Origin: Candidatus Subterrananammoxibius californiae
GTDB taxonomy: Bacteria > Planctomycetota > Brocadiia > Brocadiales > Subterrananammoxibiaceae
Length of the DNA stretch: 64,000 nt
Assembly (NCBI GenBank): GCA_030586555.1
Contig: JAURAC010000001.1
Span: forward strand, 1 to 64,000
Reading direction: 5' to 3'
Below are positions 20,062-28,274 of the stretch, piece after piece. The position numbers were made by a program, and so were the translations under genes. The notes below the pieces were generated by a model. It was not told the origin of the DNA, did not search any database, and worked only from the letters and a program-made list of their open reading frames with translations. Position 1 is the first letter of the stretch, and each line of letters starts with the position of its first letter.

Positions 20062-20309
20062 GCAAAATTTGTAACTTCTGTGGAAACAAAAATTTTAAAG
20101 AAAAGCGTGTACAATACATTTACAAACATGACGAGCAATTTCTTGTTGTAAACAATGTACCATGTGAGGAATGCGAATATTGTGGGGAGCAATATTTCAA
20201 GGCAGAAGTATTGAAAAAGATTGAGAACGAGTTCAAGGAGATATATTTTTCTGGAAAGAGGGCTTCAAAGGAAGTCAAGGTACCTGTAGAAGAATTCGTA
20301 GAAATTTAA
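20058..20309 (+). CDS. YgiT/MqsA-type zinc-finger antitoxin
   Basis: CNFCG and VPCEECEYCGE; ATGA overlap with the toxin. Confidence 0.85.
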   Translation: MSKICNFCGNKNFKEKRVQYIYKHDEQFLVVNNVPCEECEYCGEQYFKAEVLKKIENEFKEIYFSGKRASKEVKVPVEEFVEI

Positions 20310-20392
20310 AATAAAATGGCAATCACACAATGCAAATGGCAAAAGCCAGTATAGCTTACTGGACTTTCGCTTATCTGTCAATCTCTGTATTG

Positions 20393-20512
20393 ATGATGAA
20401 CAAGCTTGCCGAACAAAATCTTGCCGATAAAGAACCAAACAGAATTATCGAAATCCTCTTTTACGACCATCCACCAATCTCAAAGAGGATTGCATTGGCA
20501 GAAAAAACGTAG
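20393..20512 (+). pseudogene. Orphan diverged copy of the M48 peptidase 3' end
   Basis: 20393-20502 aligns without gaps to 19558-19667 (13 mismatches in 110 nt). Confidence 0.92.
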
Positions 20513-20670
20513 GGGCGAACGGCATTCGCCCTGATGAAATGAATCAATCCTGCACTTGCTTTTTGTCCTTCAACATATTAAGCTATGAACTACGAGCTAC
20601 GAGCTGTGGGCTATCTTAGGCTTGTCCCGTACCTGGATACGGGAATCAAATAAAAAAGGGAGGGCATTAG

Positions 20671-21000
20671 ATGTGGACAGTTATTCTTTTGTCAATATCA
20701 AACATATTTATGACGATTGCCTGGTATGGGCATCTTAAGTACAAAGAATCTCCATTATGGAAGGCAATCTTAGTTAGCTGGCTCATTGCCTCTATTGAGT
20801 ATTGCTTTCAGGTGCCAGCCAATCGGATAGGACACTATCAATTCTCAGCAGCCCAATTAAAGACCATCCAGGAGGTTATTACGCTGATTGTTTTTTCCAT
20901 CTTTTCGGTTGTTTACCTCAAAGAGGACTTAAAGTGGAACTACCTTGTTGGCTTCTTCATGATTATCGGCGCAGTCTTTTTTATATTCAAAGAGTGGTAG
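20671..21000 (+). CDS. DMT-family small membrane protein (DUF486-like)
   Basis: SNIFMTIAWYGHLK, EYCFQVPANRIG, QLKTIQEVITL. Confidence 0.9.
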   Translation: MWTVILLSISNIFMTIAWYGHLKYKESPLWKAILVSWLIASIEYCFQVPANRIGHYQFSAAQLKTIQEVITLIVFSIFSVVYLKEDLKWNYLVGFFMIIGAVFFIFKEW

Positions 21001-21147
21001 GGGTGGACTTGCTTTTAACACAGCCATTTCTTCACGAATGCAATTTGAGATTGACTTTCAATTCGTAATTTATCAATAATCAACGCGTGTTACAAACAAA
21101 AGTGTGTATAAAAATTTACTGTGATGTATTTCCAAAAGCCGAGAATT

Positions 21148-21918
21148 ATGGGAAAGAGAGAAAATTGGTCTGAGAAAGAACTCATAGTTGCCTTTAATCT
21201 ATATTGTAAGCTTCCTTTTGGTCAATATCACAAAAGTAATAAGAAAGTAATTGAACTTGCTAAGATTATCGGACGAACGCCGAGTGCAGTTGCACTTAAA
21301 CTATGTAATTTTGCAAGACTTGACCCTCTCCACCAAAAACGTGGAATAAAGGGAATGCAACATGGCGGCAGGCTTGAAGAAAAAATCCGTAATGAATTTA
21401 ATCAAAATTGGGAAGAACTTGCATATCAAAGTGAAATTGTGTTAGGTGAATTAAAAGGACTAAATACGTATGACCTGATAAAGCTTGAAGAAGATTTTCC
21501 TGAAGGCAAAGTAAAGGAAGCAGTTGTTAAAGTTAGAATAAATCAAAACTTTTTTCGGGATGTGATACTTGCAAGTTACAGAAGTAAGTGTGCAGTATGT
21601 TCTTTGCCTGAACCAAGTTTGTTGGTTGCCTCTCATATTATCCCATGGTCTGTTAATGTTTCGTTACGTATGAATCCAAGAAACGGAATGTGTATGTGTG
21701 TTCTGCATGACAAAGCATTTGATAAAGGTTTAATAACAATCAGCGATGATTATAAGTTATTGGTTTCTAAAACTATTAAAAAATTCTCAAATGAAGTGGC
21801 AGTTCAGAGAGGGTTTATCCCATATGAAAATATTAGAATAAGATTACCCGATAGATTTGTTCCTGATAAAAAATTTATAGAATTTCACCGAAATAATGTG
21901 TTCGTAGGACAAAAATGA
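21148..21918 (+). CDS. HNH endonuclease (predicted restriction endonuclease type)
   Basis: R.NQ.FFR, CAVC, LVASHIIPW, NG.C.C..HDKAFD.G. Confidence 0.88.
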   Translation: MGKRENWSEKELIVAFNLYCKLPFGQYHKSNKKVIELAKIIGRTPSAVALKLCNFARLDPLHQKRGIKGMQHGGRLEEKIRNEFNQNWEELAYQSEIVLGELKGLNTYDLIKLEEDFPEGKVKEAVVKVRINQNFFRDVILASYRSKCAVCSLPEPSLLVASHIIPWSVNVSLRMNPRNGMCMCVLHDKAFDKGLITISDDYKLLVSKTIKKFSNEVAVQRGFIPYENIRIRLPDRFVPDKKFIEFHRNNVFVGQK

Positions 21919-22121
21919 ATATTGCCCAAGTTAAGGATGTTGCACTTAATTACGCCTATCGGGATTGAAAGAGGAATTTTTGGAAAGCAAGTTCGCCATT
22001 CTTAATTTTTCCATCCTCGTTTGTACTCATAGAAATCCCCGCCATGGAAAATGCCCATTAAGGAATAATTGTCATTTTGTACAGTCTCAATTTCAGTAAA
22101 TAGGAATCATTCCGGAGTGGT

Positions 22122-22228
22122 CTAATCCACATGTGAGCCGCCGTGCCAGTATTTCTTTAGCATTTCAAAGGATGGGAAGTACCGCCTTGATAATTCTACA
22201 TGCCAGTAGTCGCCTGCCTTTTTTCTGT
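22122..22228 (-). pseudogene. Orphan diverged copy of the RNA ligase 3' end
   Basis: Encodes KKAGDYWHVELSRRYFPSFEMLKKYWHGGSHVD*, versus KKVGDYWHVEYTRRYFPTFEMLQKYWQGGSHVD* at 22808-22913. Confidence 0.92.
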
Positions 22229-22256
22229 TGACAGATGTTAACATACAAGTTAACAT
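22228..22256 (+). promoter_or_regulatory. TA promoter with overlapping palindromic operator; probably leaderless mRNA
   Basis: TTGACA-N17-TAACAT overlapped by TGTTAAC-N6-GTTAACA; ATG 6 nt downstream. Confidence 0.65.
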
Positions 22257-22262
22257 AAGATT

Positions 22263-22457
22263 ATGGGGAGAACCGTTACCTTTTATAAAACTGCTGATGG
22301 CAAATGTCCTATAAAAGATTTTCTTGACTCTTTGCCTGGAAAGGTTGCGCAGAAGGTAATATGGGTTCTCAGTCTATTGGAAGATTTGGACATTGTTCCA
22401 TCTTCTTTGCGTTCTCTGCGTGAAATAATTTATTTCTCGCAAAGCTTTAAGATTTGA
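22263..22457 (+). pseudogene. Truncated RelE/ParE (HigB-like) toxin
   Basis: TVTFYKTADGKCPIKDFLDSLP N-terminus; similarity ends at a CTTTGCG repeat (22405-22444). Confidence 0.75.
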
Positions 22458-22470
22458 GAGAGATCAAAGC

Positions 22471-22746
22471 ATGCGTGACCTTAAAAAATATATAAGTGAA
22501 AGGAAAAAGAGAGATAAAAAATTTGCTGAAGGATTTGAGGAAGGGTACGAACAGTTCAAAATCGGAGTAATGCTTCGCCAAGCACGTGAATCAGCGGGGT
22601 TAACGCAGGAAGAACTTGCATACCGACTTAAAACCAGGAAAACTGCAATCTCAAGAATTGAGAATCATGCCGAGGACATTAAGCTCTCAACATTAGAGCG
22701 GGTTACTAAGGCTTTAGGAAAACGTTTGCAGGTTAGTATTACTTGA
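22471..22746 (+). CDS. XRE-family HTH antitoxin (HigA-like)
   Basis: LRQARESAGLTQEELA..ISRIEN. Confidence 0.9.
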   Translation: MRDLKKYISERKKRDKKFAEGFEEGYEQFKIGVMLRQARESAGLTQEELAYRLKTRKTAISRIENHAEDIKLSTLERVTKALGKRLQVSIT

Positions 22747-22807
22747 TGTAAGCCCCACAATTTATGCTGGAATCTTGTTCCATACCTTGATACGGAAGTG
22801 GAATGCT

Positions 22808-23932
22808 CTAATCCACATGCGAACCGCCCTGCCAGTATTTCTGGAGCATTTCAAAGGTGGGGAAATAGCGTCTTGTGTATTCTACATGCCAGTAATCGCC
22901 TACCTTTTTCTGTGAGGTAATCTTTGCGTCAATTTTACATCTGTGAAGGTGGTCCATCAGGTTCTTGATATTCTTTTTTCTTCTAAACCGCAAATGAAAC
23001 TGCTCAACAATCATCTCATCGGATGAAATTTTTCCAACCGTCCGTTGCAGAGGCAGGGCAATGACCTTGCCAAGCCGTTCAATAAAATCTGGTTGCGAAT
23101 TAAACCCATGTTCCTGTAAGTAAAACAGTGCACGAATAATCCTGTGTGTGAAAAACTCCGGGGGTAGCTCTGCCATTAAATGTGTGGTTACCCTTAAGTC
23201 CCTCAAGCATGAGCCCACGGTAACATATTTCAGAGTCTTTTCACGCAGGTTGGTCGGCTTAAAAACAAAACCCTCAAGCCCTGTCTCGTTTAGATTCTTA
23301 ATCATCCCCTTCAATTTGTCTATCTCATCAACGGAGAATTTGCCGTAGCGTCCCACGGTAGGGATTCCATAGGTATCAAAGACCTCGTATCGCCTCTCAA
23401 CGGGAATAGGCTTACTGCTATTCTTTATCCTCACGTCAAAGGCGAACAACTGCGCATCTTCTTTGACGTAAGGGGGGTACTCAAGATTATATGGATTACC
23501 TGGTCCTGCTATCTCCCCACAGATTACTAAATCAGGATTCTTTTTAAAGAACCCTTTTACGTCAAAGAAATCCTCCAATCTATCCGTTGCAAATGGGCAA
23601 ATAAAACCGCCCCGTGAGAAGGCAAGGATACGCCCCTGCACCCTTGTTATTCTTACGTTATAGCCGTCAACCTTCTCCTCCACATAAAACGGCGCTGTGT
23701 ATTCAGCCTTAATGCCGTTTTCAAGATGAAGTATACGGGCAATCCTCGGATACTCGTAAATAATCTCTGACCCAGTGATAACAGACCCCCTATCCAGTTT
23801 CCCTACCTTCTTAACGGCACGGTAAAAAGAAACGCCATCGTACTGGTCAAGGACAATATCATGTTTCTTTATTGCCTCATTCCATGCCTGTTCTGTTATA
23901 TTTGCCAGTGAAAGGACGGTTGGGATTTCCAT
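22808..23932 (-). CDS. ATP-dependent RNA ligase, Pab1020/Rnl3-like
   Basis: Motif I EEKVDGYNVR, GFICPF, GE.AGP.NPY, FAFD, EGFVFK, KYVT. Confidence 0.85.
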   Translation of the reverse strand: MEIPTVLSLANITEQAWNEAIKKHDIVLDQYDGVSFYRAVKKVGKLDRGSVITGSEIIYEYPRIARILHLENGIKAEYTAPFYVEEKVDGYNVRITRVQGRILAFSRGGFICPFATDRLEDFFDVKGFFKKNPDLVICGEIAGPGNPYNLEYPPYVKEDAQLFAFDVRIKNSSKPIPVERRYEVFDTYGIPTVGRYGKFSVDEIDKLKGMIKNLNETGLEGFVFKPTNLREKTLKYVTVGSCLRDLRVTTHLMAELPPEFFTHRIIRALFYLQEHGFNSQPDFIERLGKVIALPLQRTVGKISSDEMIVEQFHLRFRRKKNIKNLMDHLHRCKIDAKITSQKKVGDYWHVEYTRRYFPTFEMLQKYWQGGSHVD

Positions 23933-24141
23933 ATATTAAATAATATAATAAAACCGTGGGGAAAAGGCAACTTACCTTTTGAAAAAATGCGGGGGCACCC
24001 CTGAATCAAGTTCAGGGTATCGTGCTCAGTCAGGGTTTGATGAATCAAACTCCTACGTTTCGAATAATTAAGTTTTTATCTTTGACAATAAGGCTTTGTA
24101 AGAATAAAATCTTTTTGTGATAATATGAGATTAGAATTGCC

Positions 24142-24228
24142 ATGAAAAGACATTTTGAATTTAATAGGTATCTCGTTTCCTTTGACCCGCCTCAGGCGGG
24201 CAACCTCCCGCAAAGAGGTTACGAGTAG
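24142..24228 (+). pseudogene. Orphan diverged copy of the nadB 5' end, forming a 28-aa leader ORF that abuts the toxin start
   Basis: 24142-24212 aligns to 24750-24820; TAG 24226-24228 is directly followed by ATG 24229. Confidence 0.9.
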
Positions 24229-24477
24229 ATGACTCCTATAAACTGGATATGGACAGACCATATAGAAATGCAATTGATTGAAAGAAAGATACCAAAAGAG
24301 TCGGTAAAAACAGCTATTGATAACCCTGATGAAATTGTACGGGGAAAGCATGCTCGTACAATTTATCAAAAGCAAATTGGCAATAAACTTATCAGGGTGG
24401 TAACTGAAAACAATAAGCTTATAACTGTTTATTTAACAGACAAGGTCAAAAAATACATAAAGGGAGAAGGAAAATGA
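24229..24477 (+). CDS. DUF4258-like toxin
   Basis: WTDH...ERKI..PD, RVV.E...ITVY. Confidence 0.75.
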   Translation: MTPINWIWTDHIEMQLIERKIPKESVKTAIDNPDEIVRGKHARTIYQKQIGNKLIRVVTENNKLITVYLTDKVKKYIKGEGK

Positions 24478-24698
24478 GGATACATTATTCACAAGAGGCA
24501 GATGCTCTTTATATTCGCTTAAAGGAAACCGACATAAAAAATTCAGATGAAATAGCCGATGACGTAATTATGGACTACGATGAAAATGGAAATATAGTAG
24601 GGATTGAGATTCTATCAGCCTCTCAAAAGGCAGATATGAAACAACTTATTATTCAGGCATTTGAAAAGGTAATGGTAGAAAGTGCGAGGGTGGCTTAA
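24474..24698 (+). CDS. DUF2283 antitoxin-like protein
   Basis: Y..EADALYI, DYDENG.IVGIEIL.AS. Confidence 0.9.
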   Translation: MRIHYSQEADALYIRLKETDIKNSDEIADDVIMDYDENGNIVGIEILSASQKADMKQLIIQAFEKVMVESARVA

Positions 24699-24749
24699 TA
24701 ATTGTATGTTCACAACGAACGATTCCGTCCGCGAGAGAAATTAAAGACA

Positions 24750-26480
24750 ATGAAAAGACACCTTGAATTTAAGCGATACCTTGTTTCATTTGACCCGCCT
24801 CAGGCGGGCAACCTCCCGCACGTGTTTACGGATATATTGGTAATCGGCAGCGGTGCGGCGGGGTTGAGCGCAGCGCTTGAGGCTGCAAAATTTGGTTCGG
24901 TGCTTATCGTAACAAAGGACAAGGTTGACGAAAACAACACCTATTATGCACAGGGAGGAGTTGCCGTAGTGTTAGATGCCCGCCCCATAGCTAATAGCAA
25001 GGGGGCTCCTGCAGAGTCTCCGCTCCGCTCCACTCCTGCGGACAGCCTCGATGCGCATATAAAAGATACCCTTGCTGCCGGGCAGGGTTTGTGCGACCCT
25101 GAAGTTGTGGAAGAGGTTGTTAAAGAAGGTCCTCAGAGGATTAAGGAGTTGATTAATTGGGGGGCAAAATTTGATAGGCATAATGATGAATTAGTGTTTA
25201 CCCAGGAAGGCGGCCATTCCCATGCAAGAATAATCCATGCAAAAGGCGATTCAACAGGTATGGAGATAGAGGCTACACTTGTAAGGCTGATTAAAAAGAA
25301 GCAAAGAATTACACTACTCGAGAATACCTTTGTCATTGACCTATTAGTGAAGGATGGAAGTTGCAAAGGAGTAATCGTTTGGGATAATCACCGTGGAAAG
25401 ATACTGATATGGGCTAAGCAAATCATTCTTGCTTCGGGCGGCTGTGGACAGTTGTATCGTGAAACAACAAACCCGTCAGTTACAACAGGTGATGGACTTG
25501 CCATGGCATATCGAGCTGGCGCAGAGGTTCAAGACCTCGAATTCGTACAATTCCATCCAACCACACTATACATTGCGGGCGCATCCCGTGTACTAATTTC
25601 AGAAACCCTTCGTGGAGAAGGCGGCATATTGAGAAATAAACACGGCGAGAGCTTTATGCAAAAATATCATCCAATGGCAGAGCTGGCATCCAGAGACGTA
25701 GTCAGCCACAGCATCTTGCAGGAAATGCGCGCCACTGACCATACACATGTTTACCTCGATGTAACACATATTCCGAAGGACGTGCTAAATGCACGATTCC
25801 CAAAAATCAGTGATTTGTGCGCATCCTTCGATATCAACATCTCCGAAGACCTTATCCCTGTCCGACCGAGTGCTCATTATATGGTAGGAGGGGTAAGGGT
25901 TAATAAAAAGGCACAAACAAACCTTCAGAACCTTTACGCCTGTGGAGAAGTGGCTTGTACGGGACTTCACGGTGCAAACCGCCTCGGCAGTAATTCCCTT
26001 CTTGAATGCCTCGTATATGGCTATAAGGCTGGAAATGAGGCTGGAAATGAATTGAGCGCCATGAAAGGTGATTTATTTCCCTGTTCTATACAATCAGTCA
26101 TCAAAGAACCAGAAGATGCGGAGTTAGATTTAGAGGACGTAAAGAACTCGCTGAAAAGTTTGATGTGGCGATGTGTGGGAATTGAAAGGGATGCCAAACA
26201 TCTTCAAGACGCAGAAGAAATGATAGACTACTGGTACAGCTACGTGATGGATAAGGAATTTTCTACACCCGCCGGGTGGGAACTGCAGAATATGCTTACT
26301 GTATCAAAATTAATCACACATGCTGCTTTACAAAGAGAAGAAACAAGAGGGGTACATCATCGTATAGATTTCCCTGAAGCCGACAATGATAACTGGGCAA
26401 GGCACATTATAACCAGTCTACGTGTTGAGAGTCTGGAGTCTGGGGTCAAAACTCCTGACTCTCGACTCAAGACTCTTTGA
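24750..26480 (+). CDS. nadB: L-aspartate oxidase
   Basis: IGSGAAG, YAQGG, EGGHS, QFHPT, HGANRLGSNSL; likely start ATG 24750. Confidence 0.96.
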   Translation: MKRHLEFKRYLVSFDPPQAGNLPHVFTDILVIGSGAAGLSAALEAAKFGSVLIVTKDKVDENNTYYAQGGVAVVLDARPIANSKGAPAESPLRSTPADSLDAHIKDTLAAGQGLCDPEVVEEVVKEGPQRIKELINWGAKFDRHNDELVFTQEGGHSHARIIHAKGDSTGMEIEATLVRLIKKKQRITLLENTFVIDLLVKDGSCKGVIVWDNHRGKILIWAKQIILASGGCGQLYRETTNPSVTTGDGLAMAYRAGAEVQDLEFVQFHPTTLYIAGASRVLISETLRGEGGILRNKHGESFMQKYHPMAELASRDVVSHSILQEMRATDHTHVYLDVTHIPKDVLNARFPKISDLCASFDINISEDLIPVRPSAHYMVGGVRVNKKAQTNLQNLYACGEVACTGLHGANRLGSNSLLECLVYGYKAGNEAGNELSAMKGDLFPCSIQSVIKEPEDAELDLEDVKNSLKSLMWRCVGIERDAKHLQDAEEMIDYWYSYVMDKEFSTPAGWELQNMLTVSKLITHAALQREETRGVHHRIDFPEADNDNWARHIITSLRVESLESGVKTPDSRLKTL

Positions 26481-26491
26481 CTCTTGATAAT

Positions 26492-27181
26492 ATGTCAGAT
26501 AATACCATTCTCGTTATTGACGACGAAAAAGACCTTATAGAGTTGGTCAGATACAACCTTGAGAAAGATGGTTTTCGGGTGGTATCCGCTGCCGATGGCT
26601 ATAAAGGTCTTCGTCTTGCAAAGGAAACCCGTCCAGACCTTGTGCTTCTTGATTTGATGCTGCCAGGCATAAATGGCTTAGAAGTATGTCGCAGTCTAAA
26701 GAAGAATGACGAAACATCCAACATTCCAGTTATTATGCTTACGGCAAAGGGAACGGAGGCTGATATTGTCGTAGGGCTTGAAATGGGCGCCGATGATTAT
26801 ATCACAAAACCATTCAGCCCGAAGGTGCTTGTTGCAAGGGTAAAGGCTGTCCTGAGAACCCGCCTCGGACGAATGGAGGCAGAACCAAAGAAATTGCTCA
26901 AGGCAGATAAGCTGACGTTAGATTCAGAAAAGCACGAGGTATATATAGAAGATGAACCCATTACACTGACGCTAACTGAGTTTAAATTGCTTCGCTACTT
27001 GATGGAAAGACGCGGCAGAGTGCTAACACGTGACCAAATCCTTAACGCCGTACTCGGTGATGAGACTATCGTGGTTGACAGGGTGGTTGATGTGCATATA
27101 ACGTCTTTGCGCAAAAAGCTGGGCGATTATGGTTCTTATATCCTAACCGTAAGGGGGATTGGATACAAATTTAGAGAATAA
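26492..27181 (+). CDS. phoB: OmpR/PhoB-family response regulator
   Basis: DLMLPG, GADDYITKPFS, VDVHI..LRKKLG, TVRGIGY; upstream of a PhoR-like kinase. Confidence 0.8.
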   Translation: MSDNTILVIDDEKDLIELVRYNLEKDGFRVVSAADGYKGLRLAKETRPDLVLLDLMLPGINGLEVCRSLKKNDETSNIPVIMLTAKGTEADIVVGLEMGADDYITKPFSPKVLVARVKAVLRTRLGRMEAEPKKLLKADKLTLDSEKHEVYIEDEPITLTLTEFKLLRYLMERRGRVLTRDQILNAVLGDETIVVDRVVDVHITSLRKKLGDYGSYILTVRGIGYKFRE

Positions 27182-27184
27182 TCC

Positions 27185-27217
27185 ATGGTCAAACGAAAAA
27201 TCCTTCTGAAGATATTT
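27185..27217 (+). pseudogene. Orphan copy of the phoR 5' end
   Basis: atggtcaaacgaaaaatccttctgaagatattt versus atgttcaaacgaaaaatctttctgaagatattt at 28275-28307 (2 mismatches in 33 nt). Confidence 0.85.
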
Positions 27218-27294
27218 TGTAGATATTCTTGAGTGCTTTAAATTCTGTGATATAATTTTGCTACATAAAATTTAGTGGTAGGAGGAAAATCTTT

Positions 27295-27509
27295 ACGAAC
27301 ATCTCAAAATCAAAATTAGAAACCCTTTTCAAAGAACTTCCTGATAAAGTAGATGTCGAAGAAGTCATGTATCGCCTTTATCTTCTTCAAAAAATTGAGG
27401 CTGGTGAAGCAGATATTCAAGAGGGCAAAATACTTTCACATAGCGATGTACTGGAAAGGTTAGCAAAGAAATGGCAGAAGTAATATGGAGCGAAGAAACC
27501 TCTTATTGA
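27295..27509 (+). pseudogene. Decayed TA pair: 62-codon antitoxin-like ORF with ACG in place of ATG, plus a 12-codon RelE/ParE-like stub (MAEVIWSEE)
   Basis: SD GGAGGA then ACG; ...VEEVMYRLYLLQKIEAGEADIQEGKILSH..; overlapping ATG 27471 stops at 27509. Confidence 0.7.
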
Positions 27510-27570
27510 AGGAATCCTTTTTTACATCCGCAGAATAATTTATGGTTAAACGAGAGACAAGGGGAGAAAA

Positions 27571-27774
27571 ATGAAGACAATCAAAGTTTCCCTTCCAGAG
27601 AAGCTGGGAGCCGAGGTTGAAAATTATGTAAAGAGCGGATGGTTTGCTGATGAGGAGGAGTTGCTGCGAACCGCCTTACAAGAGTTCATTCGCCATAACA
27701 GGCTGAAGTTGATGAAGCAGTTTATGAAGGAAGATATTGAGTGGGCATTGAGGGTAAAGGCTGGCACTAAATGA
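27571..27774 (+). CDS. CopG/ribbon-helix-helix antitoxin
   Basis: MKTIKVSLPE..V.SGWF..E.E..R.AL. Confidence 0.8.
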   Translation: MKTIKVSLPEKLGAEVENYVKSGWFADEEELLRTALQEFIRHNRLKLMKQFMKEDIEWALRVKAGTK

Positions 27775-28274
27775 AGTTGATAGTCTGCGATACCGGTCCA
27801 ATTTTGCATTTGCAAGAAGCAAACCTCTTAGAACTGCTTCAAAAAACTGGCAAGGTTTATATTCCCAAAATGGTAGATACAGAAATGAACGAGTTGTGCC
27901 CCCAATGGAAAAAACATAGACAAGAATGGATATTTGTTGAACCTTTATTGCCGGACGAAACCAAACAGGCGGAATCTTTATTTCTTTCAGGATTGTTGGG
28001 TTTTGGCGAGGCAGAGGCAATTGTTCTTGCAAAAAGACTCAACCCAGAATGGTTTCTAACTGATGACACAGAGGCAAGAATTTTGGCTAATTCTATGGGT
28101 ATGGAAGTACATGGCTCATTAGGTATAGTGTTGTGGTCTGCCGCGGTTGGCAATTTAAACTATATCAAATCAAAAAAGGCTCTTGACAGGCTTTCTAAAA
28201 CATCGCTCTGGATTTCAAAAGACATTCTGTCAGAGGCTCAAAAGGCATTAAAGACAATATTTGCGAGAGGTTAA
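27771..28274 (+). CDS. PIN-domain toxin (DUF3368-like)
   Basis: VCDTGP, LG.GEAEAI.LA, LTDD..AR, GSLG. Confidence 0.85.
   Translation: MKLIVCDTGPILHLQEANLLELLQKTGKVYIPKMVDTEMNELCPQWKKHRQEWIFVEPLLPDETKQAESLFLSGLLGFGEAEAIVLAKRLNPEWFLTDDTEARILANSMGMEVHGSLGIVLWSAAVGNLNYIKSKKALDRLSKTSLWISKDILSEAQKALKTIFARG

Noticed and set aside
20330..20512. 60-aa ORF as an independent gene
   Set aside because: Its C-terminal 39 residues are the orphan M48 end; the N-terminus looks like chance open frame.
21919..22121. Possible gene remnant between the HNH gene and the ligase relic
   Set aside because: No convincing frame or recognisable motif.
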